From positions 2,080,001-2,144,000 of the forward strand of contig OY970303.1 of the NCBI GenBank assembly GCA_963716255.1: DNA of 64,000 nt. Direction: 5' to 3'. This document shows, piece after piece, positions 1 through 9,313 of the stretch. This DNA is from an uncultured Gemmatimonadales bacterium. GTDB taxonomy: Bacteria; Gemmatimonadota; Gemmatimonadetes; Longimicrobiales; Longimicrobiaceae. Position numbers and translations under genes: made by a program. Every line of letters starts with the position of its first letter. Positions within the stretch are counted from its first letter, which is position 1. The notes under the pieces are model-generated. The model ran no database searches and had not been told where the DNA came from. It worked only from the letters and a program-made list of their open reading frames with translations.

Positions 1-2
1 TG

Positions 3-3000
3 GTGGCCGCGCAGGTGCAGCAGCGTGTCAGCCGGAGCGCCCGGACGCCGGACGTGAGCGGGACGGAGCGCGCCGTGAACACGGGGAGCCTGCCGCCGGA
101 GCAGCAGGGAAACGTCGCGGCCATGGCGGCGTCGCTCCCCGGCGTGGTGCTGCTGCCGGGGCTGGAGGGGGAGCCGGACGCCTTCTCGGTGCTGGGGCTG
201 GGCGGCGACCAGAACGCGGTGACGCTGAACGGGATGCCCATGGGCCCGGGCACGCTCCCGCGCGACGCGGCGGTCTCCGCCTCGCTCACCACCTCGCCCG
301 CCGACCCCTCGCGGGGCGGGTTCAGCGGCGCGGGCTTCGACATCGGCTCGCGCTCCGGCTCCAACTTCCGCACCCGCGGGATGAGCCTGCAGCTGACCTC
401 GCCCCGGGTGCAGTGGACCGACCCGGCGGCGCGGGCGCTGGGGAGCGAGTACACCAACCTGTCGCTGGGCGGGACGGCGTCCGGGCCCATCCGGCGCAAC
501 CGGTCGTTCTACAACGTCTCCTACGAGCTGGGCCGGCAGTCGCGCGACAACCAGACGCTGCTCAGCACCGGCACCCTGGGCCTGCGCACCGCGGGGATCG
601 CGCCGGACTCGGTGGCGCGCTTCGTGGAGATCCTTCAGGGGCAGCACGTACCGGTGCTGGAGGGCGTGGGACCGCAGAGCCGGCTGAGCGACAACGGCTC
701 CGTCTTCGGAACGCTGGACTTCTCTCCCCCGAGCTCCACCAGCGGGCAGTCGTTCGGCGTCACCTTCAACGGCAGCTGGCGCCGGCAGTCGCCTGTGGGC
801 GGCGGCGTCTCGCAGCTCGCTTCGGCCGGCGGCGAGCGCACGGGGTGGGGCGGCGGGGTGCAGGGGCGGCACAGCGGCTACTTCGGACTGGTGCTCACGG
901 AGACCACGGCCGGGATCAGCTTGTCGCGGGACTCCGGCGAGCCGTACCTGAGCCTCCCCGCCGGGCGGGTGCGCGTCAGCTCGGCCTTCGCCGACGGGGC
1001 GAGCGGCGTGCAGAGCCTGGTCTTCGGGGGGAACCCGGGGCTCAGCTCCGCCTCCGGCTCGGTGAGCGGCAGCTTCCAGAACCAGCTTTCCTGGTTCGAC
1101 GACGCCAACAGGCACCGCGTCAAGCTCGGCACCGAATTCCAGTACAGCGGGGGGACGCAGGACCCGTCCTCCAACCTGCTCGGCTCCTTTGCGTTCAACT
1201 CCCTGGCGGAGCTGGAGGCGGGGCGGCCGGCGTACTACAGCCGCACCCTCGCCACCCGCGAGCGCACCACGGGGACGGTGAGCGGGGCGCTGTCGCTGGG
1301 CGACGCGTACCGCCGCTCGGCGGACCTGCAGCTCCAGTACGGCGTGCGCGTGGAAGGGAGCCGGGTCACCACCCACCCCGCCTTCAACCCGCTGGTGGAG
1401 TCGACCTTCGGGCGGCGCAACGACCGCGTCCCCTCTCCGGTCTCCGTGAGCCCGCGCTTCGGGTTCTCGTACACGCTGGGAAAGGCGGCGGAGATCGCCA
1501 GCTTCGTGGGCGCGGCGCCCACCCCGCGCGCCGTGGTCCGCGGCGGGGTGGGGGTGTTCACCAACGCCGGGGGGGTGGGGCAGCTCGGCTCGGCGCTCGA
1601 CAACACCGGGCTGCCGGCGGACGCCCGGCAGATCATGTGCGTGGGCCCCGCGGCGCCGGTCCCGCAGTGGAGGTCGTACGCGGTGGACCCCGGGGCGGTC
1701 CCCGACCGCTGCGCGGACGGCAGCACCGGGACGGTCTTTTCCAGCGCGGCGCCCGGCGTCACCCTGTTCTCGCCCGACTTCCGGCCGCAGCGCTCGGTCC
1801 GCTCCAACCTGTCGTGGAACGGGAGCGTGCTGCGCGGGCGCTTCTCGCTGGGGGTGGAGGGGACGTACTCGGTCAACCTCCACCAGCAGCGGACGCTGGA
1901 CCTCAACTTCGACCCGACGGCGCGCTTCACCCTGGCCGGGGAGGAGCGCCCGGTGTTCGTGGACCCCGGGAGCATCGTCCCCGCCACGGGGAGCGTGGCC
2001 TCGCGCGGCGCGCGCGTGTCGCAGGCGTTTTCCGCGGTGAGCGAGGTGCGCTCGGACCTGGAGTCGCGCTCGGCGCAGCTTTCCCTGCGGCTCTCGCCGA
2101 TCACGCGCGGGCCCTCCCGCTTCGGGTGGAGCGCGGCGTACACCTGGTCGCACGTCCGCGAGCAGGTGTCGGGCTTCGGCAGCACGGCCGGGAACCCGCT
2201 GGACGTGGAGTGGGCGAGGTCGGCGCAGGGGCCGCACCAGCTCAGCTACACCCTGCGCTACAACTTCTTCGACGCCGTCCGGGTGAGCTGGAGCGGGTGG
2301 CTGCGCTCGGGGAGCGCCTTCACCCCCACGGTGGCGGGCGACGTGAACGGCGACGGCTCGTCGTTCAACGACCGGGCCTTCGTCCCCGCACCCTCGGGCG
2401 GACCGGACCCGGCGCTCGCGGAGGGGATGCGCCGCCTGCTGGACGACGCCCCGCGCGCGACGCGCGAGTGCCTGGAGCGCCAGCTCGGCGCCATCGCGGA
2501 GCGCAGCAGCTGCCGCGGGCCGTGGAGCACCGGGGCGTCGCTGAGCGCGACGCTGGACCGCGCCAGGTTCCGGCTGCCGCAGCGCGGCTCGGTGTCCCTT
2601 TCCCTTTCCAACCCGCTGGGCGCCGCGGACCTGCTGGTCAACGGCTCGGGAAGCCTGCGGGGGTGGGGGCAGAGCGCCTTCGCCGACCCTTCGCTCCTCT
2701 ACGTCCGCGGCTTCGACGCGGAGGCGCGCCGCTTCCGCTACGAGGTGAACCCGCGCTTCGGCGCCACGCGCCCGGAGCTGCTGACCATGCGCTCGCCGGT
2801 GATGCTCACGGTGTCCATGCGCCTGGACCTGGGAGCCACGCGGGAGCGGCAGAGCCTCGCCCAGCAGCTCGCCACCGGGCGGTCGGCGCCGGGTACCCGC
2901 TTCCCGGAGCAGTTCTTCCGCTCGCTGGGGAGCGGCAGCGTCACCAACCCCATGGCGGCGGTGCTGCGCGAGCAGGACTCGCTGCGGCTCACCTCGGTGC

Positions 3001-3386
3001 AGGCGGACAGCATCGCGTCCATGAACCGCCGCTACACCTACCGCGCCGACTCGCTGTGGGCGCCGGTCGCCGCGTACCTCGCGGCGCTCCCCGGGGAGTT
3101 CAGCGAGCGGGAGGCGTACGACCGGTACCGCCGCGCGCGGCGGGCGCAGATCGAGATGCTGATGGAGACCGGCCCCACGGTGCGCGCGCTGCTGACGCCG
3201 GCGCAGCGGCGCAAGCTCCCCACCCAGGTCCTCAACATGATGGACCGGCGCTACCTGGTGTCCATCCGCAACGGCTCCGGCACGTACGTGGCCGGCGGGA
3301 CCGCGGGCTTCCTCGGCGGCCCGGGGGAGTTCTTCGGCGGCGGCAGCGGGGAGTCCGTGGTCGTCATGCGAAGCTTCTCCCCATGA
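3..3386 (+). CDS. TonB-dependent receptor-like outer-membrane protein (Oar-like), 5'-truncated, with a helical C-terminal extension
   Basis: 1127-aa ORF running off the window edge. Plug-like segment (N...TLNG...RGGFSGA) followed by many amphipathic beta-strands (SPRFGFSY, VRGGVGVF, GDVNGDG). High-GC codon usage. Confidence 0.7.
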   Translation: MAAQVQQRVSRSARTPDVSGTERAVNTGSLPPEQQGNVAAMAASLPGVVLLPGLEGEPDAFSVLGLGGDQNAVTLNGMPMGPGTLPRDAAVSASLTTSPADPSRGGFSGAGFDIGSRSGSNFRTRGMSLQLTSPRVQWTDPAARALGSEYTNLSLGGTASGPIRRNRSFYNVSYELGRQSRDNQTLLSTGTLGLRTAGIAPDSVARFVEILQGQHVPVLEGVGPQSRLSDNGSVFGTLDFSPPSSTSGQSFGVTFNGSWRRQSPVGGGVSQLASAGGERTGWGGGVQGRHSGYFGLVLTETTAGISLSRDSGEPYLSLPAGRVRVSSAFADGASGVQSLVFGGNPGLSSASGSVSGSFQNQLSWFDDANRHRVKLGTEFQYSGGTQDPSSNLLGSFAFNSLAELEAGRPAYYSRTLATRERTTGTVSGALSLGDAYRRSADLQLQYGVRVEGSRVTTHPAFNPLVESTFGRRNDRVPSPVSVSPRFGFSYTLGKAAEIASFVGAAPTPRAVVRGGVGVFTNAGGVGQLGSALDNTGLPADARQIMCVGPAAPVPQWRSYAVDPGAVPDRCADGSTGTVFSSAAPGVTLFSPDFRPQRSVRSNLSWNGSVLRGRFSLGVEGTYSVNLHQQRTLDLNFDPTARFTLAGEERPVFVDPGSIVPATGSVASRGARVSQAFSAVSEVRSDLESRSAQLSLRLSPITRGPSRFGWSAAYTWSHVREQVSGFGSTAGNPLDVEWARSAQGPHQLSYTLRYNFFDAVRVSWSGWLRSGSAFTPTVAGDVNGDGSSFNDRAFVPAPSGGPDPALAEGMRRLLDDAPRATRECLERQLGAIAERSSCRGPWSTGASLSATLDRARFRLPQRGSVSLSLSNPLGAADLLVNGSGSLRGWGQSAFADPSLLYVRGFDAEARRFRYEVNPRFGATRPELLTMRSPVMLTVSMRLDLGATRERQSLAQQLATGRSAPGTRFPEQFFRSLGSGSVTNPMAAVLREQDSLRLTSVQADSIASMNRRYTYRADSLWAPVAAYLAALPGEFSEREAYDRYRRARRAQIEMLMETGPTVRALLTPAQRRKLPTQVLNMMDRRYLVSIRNGSGTYVAGGTAGFLGGPGEFFGGGSGESVVVMRSFSP

Positions 3387-4961
3387 GACGCCTTCTCCTC
3401 CGTGCGTGCATTGCCCTGGCGGCGGCCGCGCCCTCCGCCGCGCTCGCCCAGGGCGATACCCTCCCCGGCCCCGCGCCTCCGCGCTCCGCGGGGCCGCCGG
3501 TGCAGGCAATCACCACCGCCTCGGCGGTCTCCACCGAGCCGCTGGGCTCCGTGTCCCACGTCCGCGAGCTCCCGGACGGGCGGGTGCTGGTGAACGACGG
3601 CACACGGCGGCGGCTGGTGCTGATGGACACCACGCTGCGTACGGTGGGCGTGGTGCTGGACTCGCTCGCCGCGGTCGCCAACGCGTACGGCCCGCGGCCC
3701 GGGGCGCTGATCCCGTACCTCGCCGACTCCACGCTCTTCGTGGACCCGGCCTCGTACGCGATGCTGGTGCTGGACCCGGCCGGGAGGATCGCCCGGGTGC
3801 GCTCGGTGTGGCGGGTGCAGGACATCTTCTTCATCCAGGGGCAGGGGTCCAGCGGCTGGCCGGGGATGGACGCGAGGGGCCGCGTCGTCTACCGCGTCCC
3901 CGCGAGGGCGGCCCCGCCGCGCGTCCCCCCGCCCTCGGGGATCCCCTACATCCCCCCTGAGCCCGATTCGGCGTTCGTCGTGGCCGTGGACCTGGCGACG
4001 CGAAAGCTGGACACGCTCGGCACGGTGCGCACGCCCCGAACGGACATGAAGGTGCGCAGGAACCGGGAGGGGCGGCTGATGATCGACCCGGTGATCAACC
4101 CGCTCCCCTCCAGCGACGACTGGGCGGTGTTCCCGGACGGCACGGTGGCGTTCGTGCGGGCGCGCGACTACCGGGTGGAGTACCTGGGCCCGGACGGGAG
4201 CCTGACCTCCTCGGCCAAGCTTCCCCTTCGAGTGGCGCAGGATGACGGACGAGGACAAGCAGCGGATGGTGGACTCGGTGGAGACGGCGCAGGGCCGCAG
4301 CGCGGCGACCGACTACGCCACGTCCATGATCCGCTGGGCGAACCAGGCGAACCGCCCGTACCCGCCCGGGTTCGCCGTGCCGGAGGGCTACCGGGCGCCG
4401 CTCGGGTTCGGCAGGCGCTGGAAGCTCCCGCCCGGGGTCGCGCTCCCCGCCGGCTACATCCACGCCTGCGAGCCGGGGGAGGAGCCGGAGGTGAAGCCCG
4501 CGCCGGCCGCGGGGGAGGGCGCCCCGGCCGGCGCGCGGGCCGCCCCCGCCCCCGGGCCTCCGGCCCCCCCCGGACCACCCGGAGCACCCGGGCGGCCGGG
4601 GGCGGGGATGCCGTCGTGCATCCCCGCGCCGGTGAGCGGCGGGAGCCCCGCCCCCCCGCCGCCGGCGATGCGCCAGTTCCACGTGTTCCCGCCGTCGGAG
4701 CTCCCGGACTACCGGCCGCCCCTCGCCTCCGGCGGGGCCACGCGGGCCGACCCGGAGGGGAACCTCTGGATCCGCACCACCCCGGCGCGCCCCCTCCCCG
4801 GCGGCCCCGTCTACGACGTGGTCAGCCGCGGGGGCGAGATGGTGAGCCGCATCCAGCTCCCGCCGGGGTACTCGCTGGCGGGGTTCGGCCGGGGAAAGGT
4901 GGTGTACCTGTCGATGGTCGACGCGAGCGGGATCCACCTGGCGCGGGTGCGGCTGCGCTGA
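3383..4961 (+). pseudogene. Secreted beta-propeller-like protein split by a 1-nt frameshift (pseudogene or sequencing error)
   Basis: ATG at 3383 overlaps the upstream stop (ATGA) and starts a signal peptide MRRLLLRACIALAAA. Propeller-like blades (ELPDGRVLVND, WAVFPDGTVAFV, RADPEGNLWI). Removing one C from CCCC at 4223-4226 gives KLPFEWRRMTDEDK, joining ORF 4242..4961. Confidence 0.7.
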
Positions 4962-5186
4962 GCGGAGCCGCACCCGCAGGGGCGCTTCGGCCGGGTTCCG
5001 TGTATGAGGTCGGCCGGGGGAGGCTCCTCCGGCAGTGCGATACCCGAAGGGACTCGCAGAGCACTCGCCGACCGATTGAGCAGGTCCGCGGGATCACGCT
5101 GGCTTCGAACAAACGCACCGCCTGCGGACCCTCCCCCGACCTCCCGACGCAGATCCCAACGGCAACAGCCGTGTCGTTGCAGTGCT

Positions 5187-5266
5187 CCCCCTTTCCCTCG
5201 CTTGCGGGGGAGGGGTGGCGCGCAGCGCCGGGGTGGGGGGCCCCGGCGGACGCCAGCGCGAAACCC
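5187..5266. repeat. GC-rich palindromic REP-like repeat (CCCTYYCCC...GGGGGAGGGG type) fused to the structured element
   Basis: Near-identical to 27893-27969 and partly to 30023-30070. Confidence 0.7.
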
Positions 5267-5395
5267 GCGTGAGGGATTTCGGCCCGAAGGGGCGAGACCC
5301 GCGGGCAGTTTCGCGGGGCTCGACTCCGTTGCAGACGGTTGTTTCGTCTGCTACGGAGCCGAAGCCCGACCCCGGCGCCAGCCGGGGGCACGCCC
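5267..5395 (+). repeat. Structured dispersed element family 1, copy A
   Basis: GCGTGAGGGATTTCGGCCCGAAGGGGCGAGACCC...GGGCTCGACTCCGTT...TACGGAGCCGAAGCCCGACCCCGGCGCCAGCCGGGGGCACGCCC, 7 copies in the window. Confidence 0.95.
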
Positions 5396-5411
5396 GAACC
5401 CTCCTGTCATC

Positions 5412-5741
5412 TCACTCCCGCACCACCACCTCCCCCTTCATCCCCGGGTGGAACGCGCAGACGTAGCCCTGCCGCCCGCTCCGCCGCACCACCATCCTCC
5501 CCTCGCCGCCCGCGGGAATGCTCCCCGCGTCCCACCCGCCGCCGGCCGCCGTCGCGGTGTGGGGGACCACGTCCCGGTTGCTCCACACCAGGGTGTCGCC
5601 CACCGCAGCCTCCACGCGCGCGGGGACGTACTGGAAGGCGCGGATCACGACCGCGCGGGTGCGCGGCGCGGGTCCGGCGCCCCCGCAGGCGGCCGCCGCC
5701 AGCACCAGGGCGAGACCGGCCGCGCGCCCGCGCGCCGTCAC
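5412..5741 (-). CDS. Cupredoxin (plastocyanin/azurin-like) lipoprotein
   Basis: GTG start overlaps the upstream stop. Lipobox AAAC. Type-1 Cu ligands PHTAT and YVCAFHPGM. Confidence 0.85.
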   Translation of the reverse strand: MTARGRAAGLALVLAAAACGGAGPAPRTRAVVIRAFQYVPARVEAAVGDTLVWSNRDVVPHTATAAGGGWDAGSIPAGGEGRMVVRRSGRQGYVCAFHPGMKGEVVVRE

Positions 5742-6343
5742 CCCTGCCCGAGCGCCGAGCGGATCTGCCTGGCGTGCTGGAGGTGGGCGTCCACCGCGGG
5801 GCGCGTCTGCTCCAGCAGCGCCCGCAATTCGGCGTTCGTCGCGCCGGGAATGAGGGTGTGGTCGATGGCGTCCAGCACCGCCTGGTGGTAGGTGATCTCG
5901 CTGTCCATGTACGCCCGGTCGAAGTCGGCGCCGCTCTTCGCCTGGAGCGTCTGCCGCGTGCTCGTCCCGCCGTCGCGGAGCTGCTTGCTGGTAGGATTGG
6001 GCTCCGGGGTGACGCCCAGCTTCCCCACCAGGTCGGAGGCGGCCTTGTTCACGCCGGTGTGGTCGGTGATCATGCGCTCGGCGAACGCCTTCACCCGGGG
6101 ATCGGCGGCGCGGGCCTTCGCCATCTCCCCGGCCTGGATGTCCACGTCGTTGGCCGCCACCACGATTTCCGCGATCTGCGGGTCGGTCACGGCGGACGCG
6201 GGGGCGGCCGACGCGGTGTCCGCCATGGCCGGGGCGGCGGCGGCCGGCGCCGTGTCCGCCGCGGCCTGCTGCTCCGCCGGCTCGCGGGACCCGCACGCGG
6301 CCAGCAGGAAGGCCATCGCGGCGAGCGCTCGTTGGGTTCGCAT
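5738..6343 (-). CDS. DUF4142 (ferritin-like) lipoprotein
   Basis: Lipobox LAAC. Motifs VKAFAERMITDH, GADFDRAYM and HLQHARQI. Confidence 0.85.
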   Translation of the reverse strand: MRTQRALAAMAFLLAACGSREPAEQQAAADTAPAAAAPAMADTASAAPASAVTDPQIAEIVVAANDVDIQAGEMAKARAADPRVKAFAERMITDHTGVNKAASDLVGKLGVTPEPNPTSKQLRDGGTSTRQTLQAKSGADFDRAYMDSEITYHQAVLDAIDHTLIPGATNAELRALLEQTRPAVDAHLQHARQIRSALGQG

Positions 6344-6431
6344 GCGTCATCTCCTGGCAGGGGTTCGCGGGCCCGCCGCCGCGGATCGTCCCCGGCGGCG
6401 AGCCCGCTACCGAGAGTAATCCCCGCCCGTG

Positions 6432-6459
6432 AATATGTCAATAATTTTATTGACATATT
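6432..6459. promoter_or_regulatory. Perfect inverted-repeat operator overlapping divergent -35-like TTGACA hexamers
   Basis: AATATGTCAATAA-TT-TTATTGACATATT, AT-rich, between the divergent DUF4142 and regulator genes. Confidence 0.8.
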
Positions 6460-6516
6460 GCAAAAAGGGCCGCCGGAGCGTATCGTGCAGCGAGCGCGAG
6501 ACCCCGTTTTCCGAGG

Positions 6517-7173
6517 ATGAGCATGCAACCGGTCGGCTGGATCCAGCGGCTCCTGGCGAGCACCCGAGGCGAGATCATCCGGCTGCTGCGCCGCTCCAGC
6601 CGAACGGTGACCGAGCTGGCGGACGCCGTGGGGCTCACCGACAACGCGGTGCGCACGCACCTGGCCGCCCTGGAGCGAGACGGGCTGGTGCGTCAGGAGG
6701 AGGCCGTGCGCCGCGGGGTGGGAAAGCCGCCCTTCGTCTACTCGCTCACCGCGCAGGCGGACGCGCTGCTCCCCAAGGCGTACGCCCCGGCGCTGGGGAT
6801 CCTGCTGGGGGTGCTGAAGGAGCGGCTGGGCCCGGCGGAGGTGGAGACCGTGCTGCGCGAGGTGGGGCGCCGCGCCGCGGCGGGGCGCGCCGCCGGCGCC
6901 GACGTGCGCGGGCGCCTGGAGGCCGCGGTGGAGGTGCTGGAGGAGCTGGGCGGCGTGGCGGAGGTGGAGGAGCGCGACGGCACGGCCTGGGTGCGCGGCT
7001 TCAGCTGTCCGCTCGCCGCGGTGGTGCCGGACCACCCGGAGGCGTGCAGCCTGGCCGAGTCGCTGATGTCGGAGCTGGTGGGGGTGCCGGTGACGGAGCG
7101 CTGCGAAAAGGGAGAGCGCCCCCGCTGCTGCTTCGAGGTGCCCCTGAACGGCTCCCCGCGCGGCGGGGACTAG
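6517..7173 (+). CDS. ArsR/SufR-like winged-helix transcriptional regulator with C-terminal Cys residues
   Basis: TVTELADAVGLTDNAVRTHLAALERDGLV HTH, GKP..YSLT wing, and CPL...C...C...CCF. Confidence 0.85.
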   Translation: MSMQPVGWIQRLLASTRGEIIRLLRRSSRTVTELADAVGLTDNAVRTHLAALERDGLVRQEEAVRRGVGKPPFVYSLTAQADALLPKAYAPALGILLGVLKERLGPAEVETVLREVGRRAAAGRAAGADVRGRLEAAVEVLEELGGVAEVEERDGTAWVRGFSCPLAAVVPDHPEACSLAESLMSELVGVPVTERCEKGERPRCCFEVPLNGSPRGGD

Positions 7174-8024
7174 TCGCGGCGCGCGCCGAAGGGGTGCTCG
7201 AAGCTCAGGTACAGGAACACCGCGCGCTCGCCGTCGCTGGGCCCCGCGCCGATGGGCACGGCGGCGCCGGGCACCACCTGGAGGCCGGAGGGCAGGTCCA
7301 TGGCCCCCCGGATCCCCGGCGCGAGAAAGAAGCTCGTGCCGTGGCGGGTGGCATCCGCGCCGACGACCTCGTCGTCGCGGCTCCACGCCGCCTCCAGCAT
7401 GAGGTTCAGGCGGGGGTGCGCCAGCCAGATCAGGCTCTGACCCAGGTTGTAGCCGGTGGTGCCCGCCTCCTGCCCGAGCGCGTTCCGCGCGGTGAACGTG
7501 TGCGTCAGGCCCGCGTTGGAGTGGGCGACCCAGCGGTCCGAGAGGACCACGCTGAGCGGCAGGTTGGCCTGCACCCCCGCCCCCCCCGCGCCCCGTTCCT
7601 GCTCCTCGTCCCCCGTGGAAAGGAGCACGCTCACCCGCGGGGCGAGCGCGACCCGCGACCCGCCGATCCCCAGCACCTGCCAGCGGTAGTTCAGCGCCAG
7701 GTCCCCCACCCCGGTGCCCCCCCGCGCCCCCTCCGCGCTTTCCACCGGCAGCGTGAACCCGAGCTGGTGCCGCTGCCCCAGGAGCGGCCACTCCTGGGTG
7801 AACGTGTAGCTCCATGCGCCGCCGCCCCGGGGGCGGGCGAACGTGCTGATGTGCTGCACGACCCCGCCCTCCTGGTTGTAGGCCTCCTCGACGAGAAAGC
7901 TGTTGTCCTGGATCGGTGCGGGAGACGCCTCCGCGGGCACGGCCTGCGCCCGGGCCGGGACCGCGCTCCCCGCGAGGAGCAGGCACACGAGGACGGGGCG
8001 AATTGCCGGGGCCGGATGGTTCAT
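7170..8024 (-). CDS. Outer-membrane beta-barrel transporter-like protein (MetA-pathway/phenol-degradation-like)
   Basis: Start MNHPAP at 8024 with signal peptide. Motifs IQDNSFLVEEAYNQE and GVGDLALNYR; C-terminal YLSFEHPF. Confidence 0.65.
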   Translation of the reverse strand: MNHPAPAIRPVLVCLLLAGSAVPARAQAVPAEASPAPIQDNSFLVEEAYNQEGGVVQHISTFARPRGGGAWSYTFTQEWPLLGQRHQLGFTLPVESAEGARGGTGVGDLALNYRWQVLGIGGSRVALAPRVSVLLSTGDEEQERGAGGAGVQANLPLSVVLSDRWVAHSNAGLTHTFTARNALGQEAGTTGYNLGQSLIWLAHPRLNLMLEAAWSRDDEVVGADATRHGTSFFLAPGIRGAMDLPSGLQVVPGAAVPIGAGPSDGERAVFLYLSFEHPFGARRD

Positions 8025-8080
8025 GGGTGATTCCTGGGGTTCGTGAGCCTTCTCGGACGGACCTCGAGGCGCGGCGTGCG

Positions 8081-9313
8081 CTACGCGGCCACGAAGAGGC
8101 CGGTGGTGTACATGATCAGCAGGCCCAGGACGAGCCCGGCCACGTTCAGGGGCGCCGTGAGACCGCCCTCGGCCCGGCGCGCGAACAGGCGCCAGAGCTC
8201 GAAGACCACCTGCGCGATGGCGCCCACGCCGACCGCGAAGAACAGCGTCGTCCAGACCGGGGAGCCGCTGAAGCCCCCGATCCAGGCGCCGAGCACGGTC
8301 GGCACGCCGGCGAGCGCTCCGAGCATCGCCAGGTGCTCGAGGCGCGGATGCTCCCGGGCGATGGGCGCGACGATCCCGATCCCCTCCGTGGTGTTGTGGA
8401 GCAGGAAGCCCAGCACGAAGAAGGTGCCGAGCGCGATCTCCCCCCGGGCGTACGAGGCCCCGATCAGCAGCCCCTCGCCCAGGTTGTGGAGACCGATGCC
8501 CAGGGCGATCAGCGTCGCCACGTAGAAAGGGGAGCGCCGCCCCTTCTTCGCCTCCCGCCATCTCCCCAGCCCCGCCAGCGCCAGCGGGGTGCCGAGCGCG
8601 CCCAGGACGACCAGGCCCAGCCCCTGGAACGCGCCCGGGACCCGTCCCGACATCTCCAGCGCCTCCGCCAGGGCGTCCACGCCCAGGAAGACCAGGAGCC
8701 CCACGGTCAGGCTCAGGAAGAAGTCGAGCCACGCGCGGCCGACGTCCCGGAGAAACGGCAGCCAGAGCAGCCCCAGGAGCACCGGGATCACCCCCACGTA
8801 GATCCCCAGCAGCGCGAAGGTCGTGAGGTAGCCGGCGTCGATCCGCGGGCTCTGGACGGCGACGGCCACCTCCCCGGTGAAGGTGAGCCCGGTGCTGGTC
8901 AGCAGCTTGACCTGGTGCGGCTCTCCCTGCACCCAGGGGTAGGGGATGGTGAGCGTCCGGCTCTCCAGCCGCCCGATGGTGCGGGCGCCGTCGAGGGTGT
9001 GCGCCCAGGAGGCTTCGTCCACCTGCACCTGGGCGATGGTCACCGGGGCGGGGCCGCCGTTGGTGACCCGCACGCGCATCTCTCCCGGCCTCGGGAGCGT
9101 GATCCGCTCCACGGTCAGCTCCTCCACCGGCGGGAAGGCCTTGTGGAGCACGCCGACGGGGCCGAAGCGCAGGAAGACGAGCAGGAGCACCGCCAGCAGG
9201 GCCAGAGGCGCCAGCCCCTCCAGCCAGATCGCGCGGGAGCCCCGCGGGACCGGCCCGGGGGGTGGCGCGACGCGGACGGGCCTGCGCGCGGCCGCGGGGG
9301 CGTTCTCAGGCAT
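8081..9313 (-). CDS. ZIP-family metal transporter with an N-terminal soluble domain
   Basis: GLHNLGEG and LLHNTTEG metal-binding helices; about 8 TM segments. Confidence 0.85.
   Translation of the reverse strand: MPENAPAAARRPVRVAPPPGPVPRGSRAIWLEGLAPLALLAVLLLVFLRFGPVGVLHKAFPPVEELTVERITLPRPGEMRVRVTNGGPAPVTIAQVQVDEASWAHTLDGARTIGRLESRTLTIPYPWVQGEPHQVKLLTSTGLTFTGEVAVAVQSPRIDAGYLTTFALLGIYVGVIPVLLGLLWLPFLRDVGRAWLDFFLSLTVGLLVFLGVDALAEALEMSGRVPGAFQGLGLVVLGALGTPLALAGLGRWREAKKGRRSPFYVATLIALGIGLHNLGEGLLIGASYARGEIALGTFFVLGFLLHNTTEGIGIVAPIAREHPRLEHLAMLGALAGVPTVLGAWIGGFSGSPVWTTLFFAVGVGAIAQVVFELWRLFARRAEGGLTAPLNVAGLVLGLLIMYTTGLFVAA

Noticed and set aside
4490..4670. Pro/Gly-rich stretch as a collagen-like or tandem repeat
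   Set aside because: Only a few GPP/GAP triplets; best explained as a low-complexity linker.
5020..5135. Hairpins downstream of the propeller gene as a riboswitch or ncRNA
   Set aside because: Single copy, 3' location between convergent genes, and no recognisable aptamer consensus.
413..5272. 1619-aa ORF as a single gene
   Set aside because: Only 3383-4225 looks coding. The rest is off-frame overlap and read-through caused by the frameshift.
5267..5395. Hammerhead ribozyme identity for the repeat
   Set aside because: No CUGANGA core seen on either strand. Other ribozyme classes cannot be excluded by eye.
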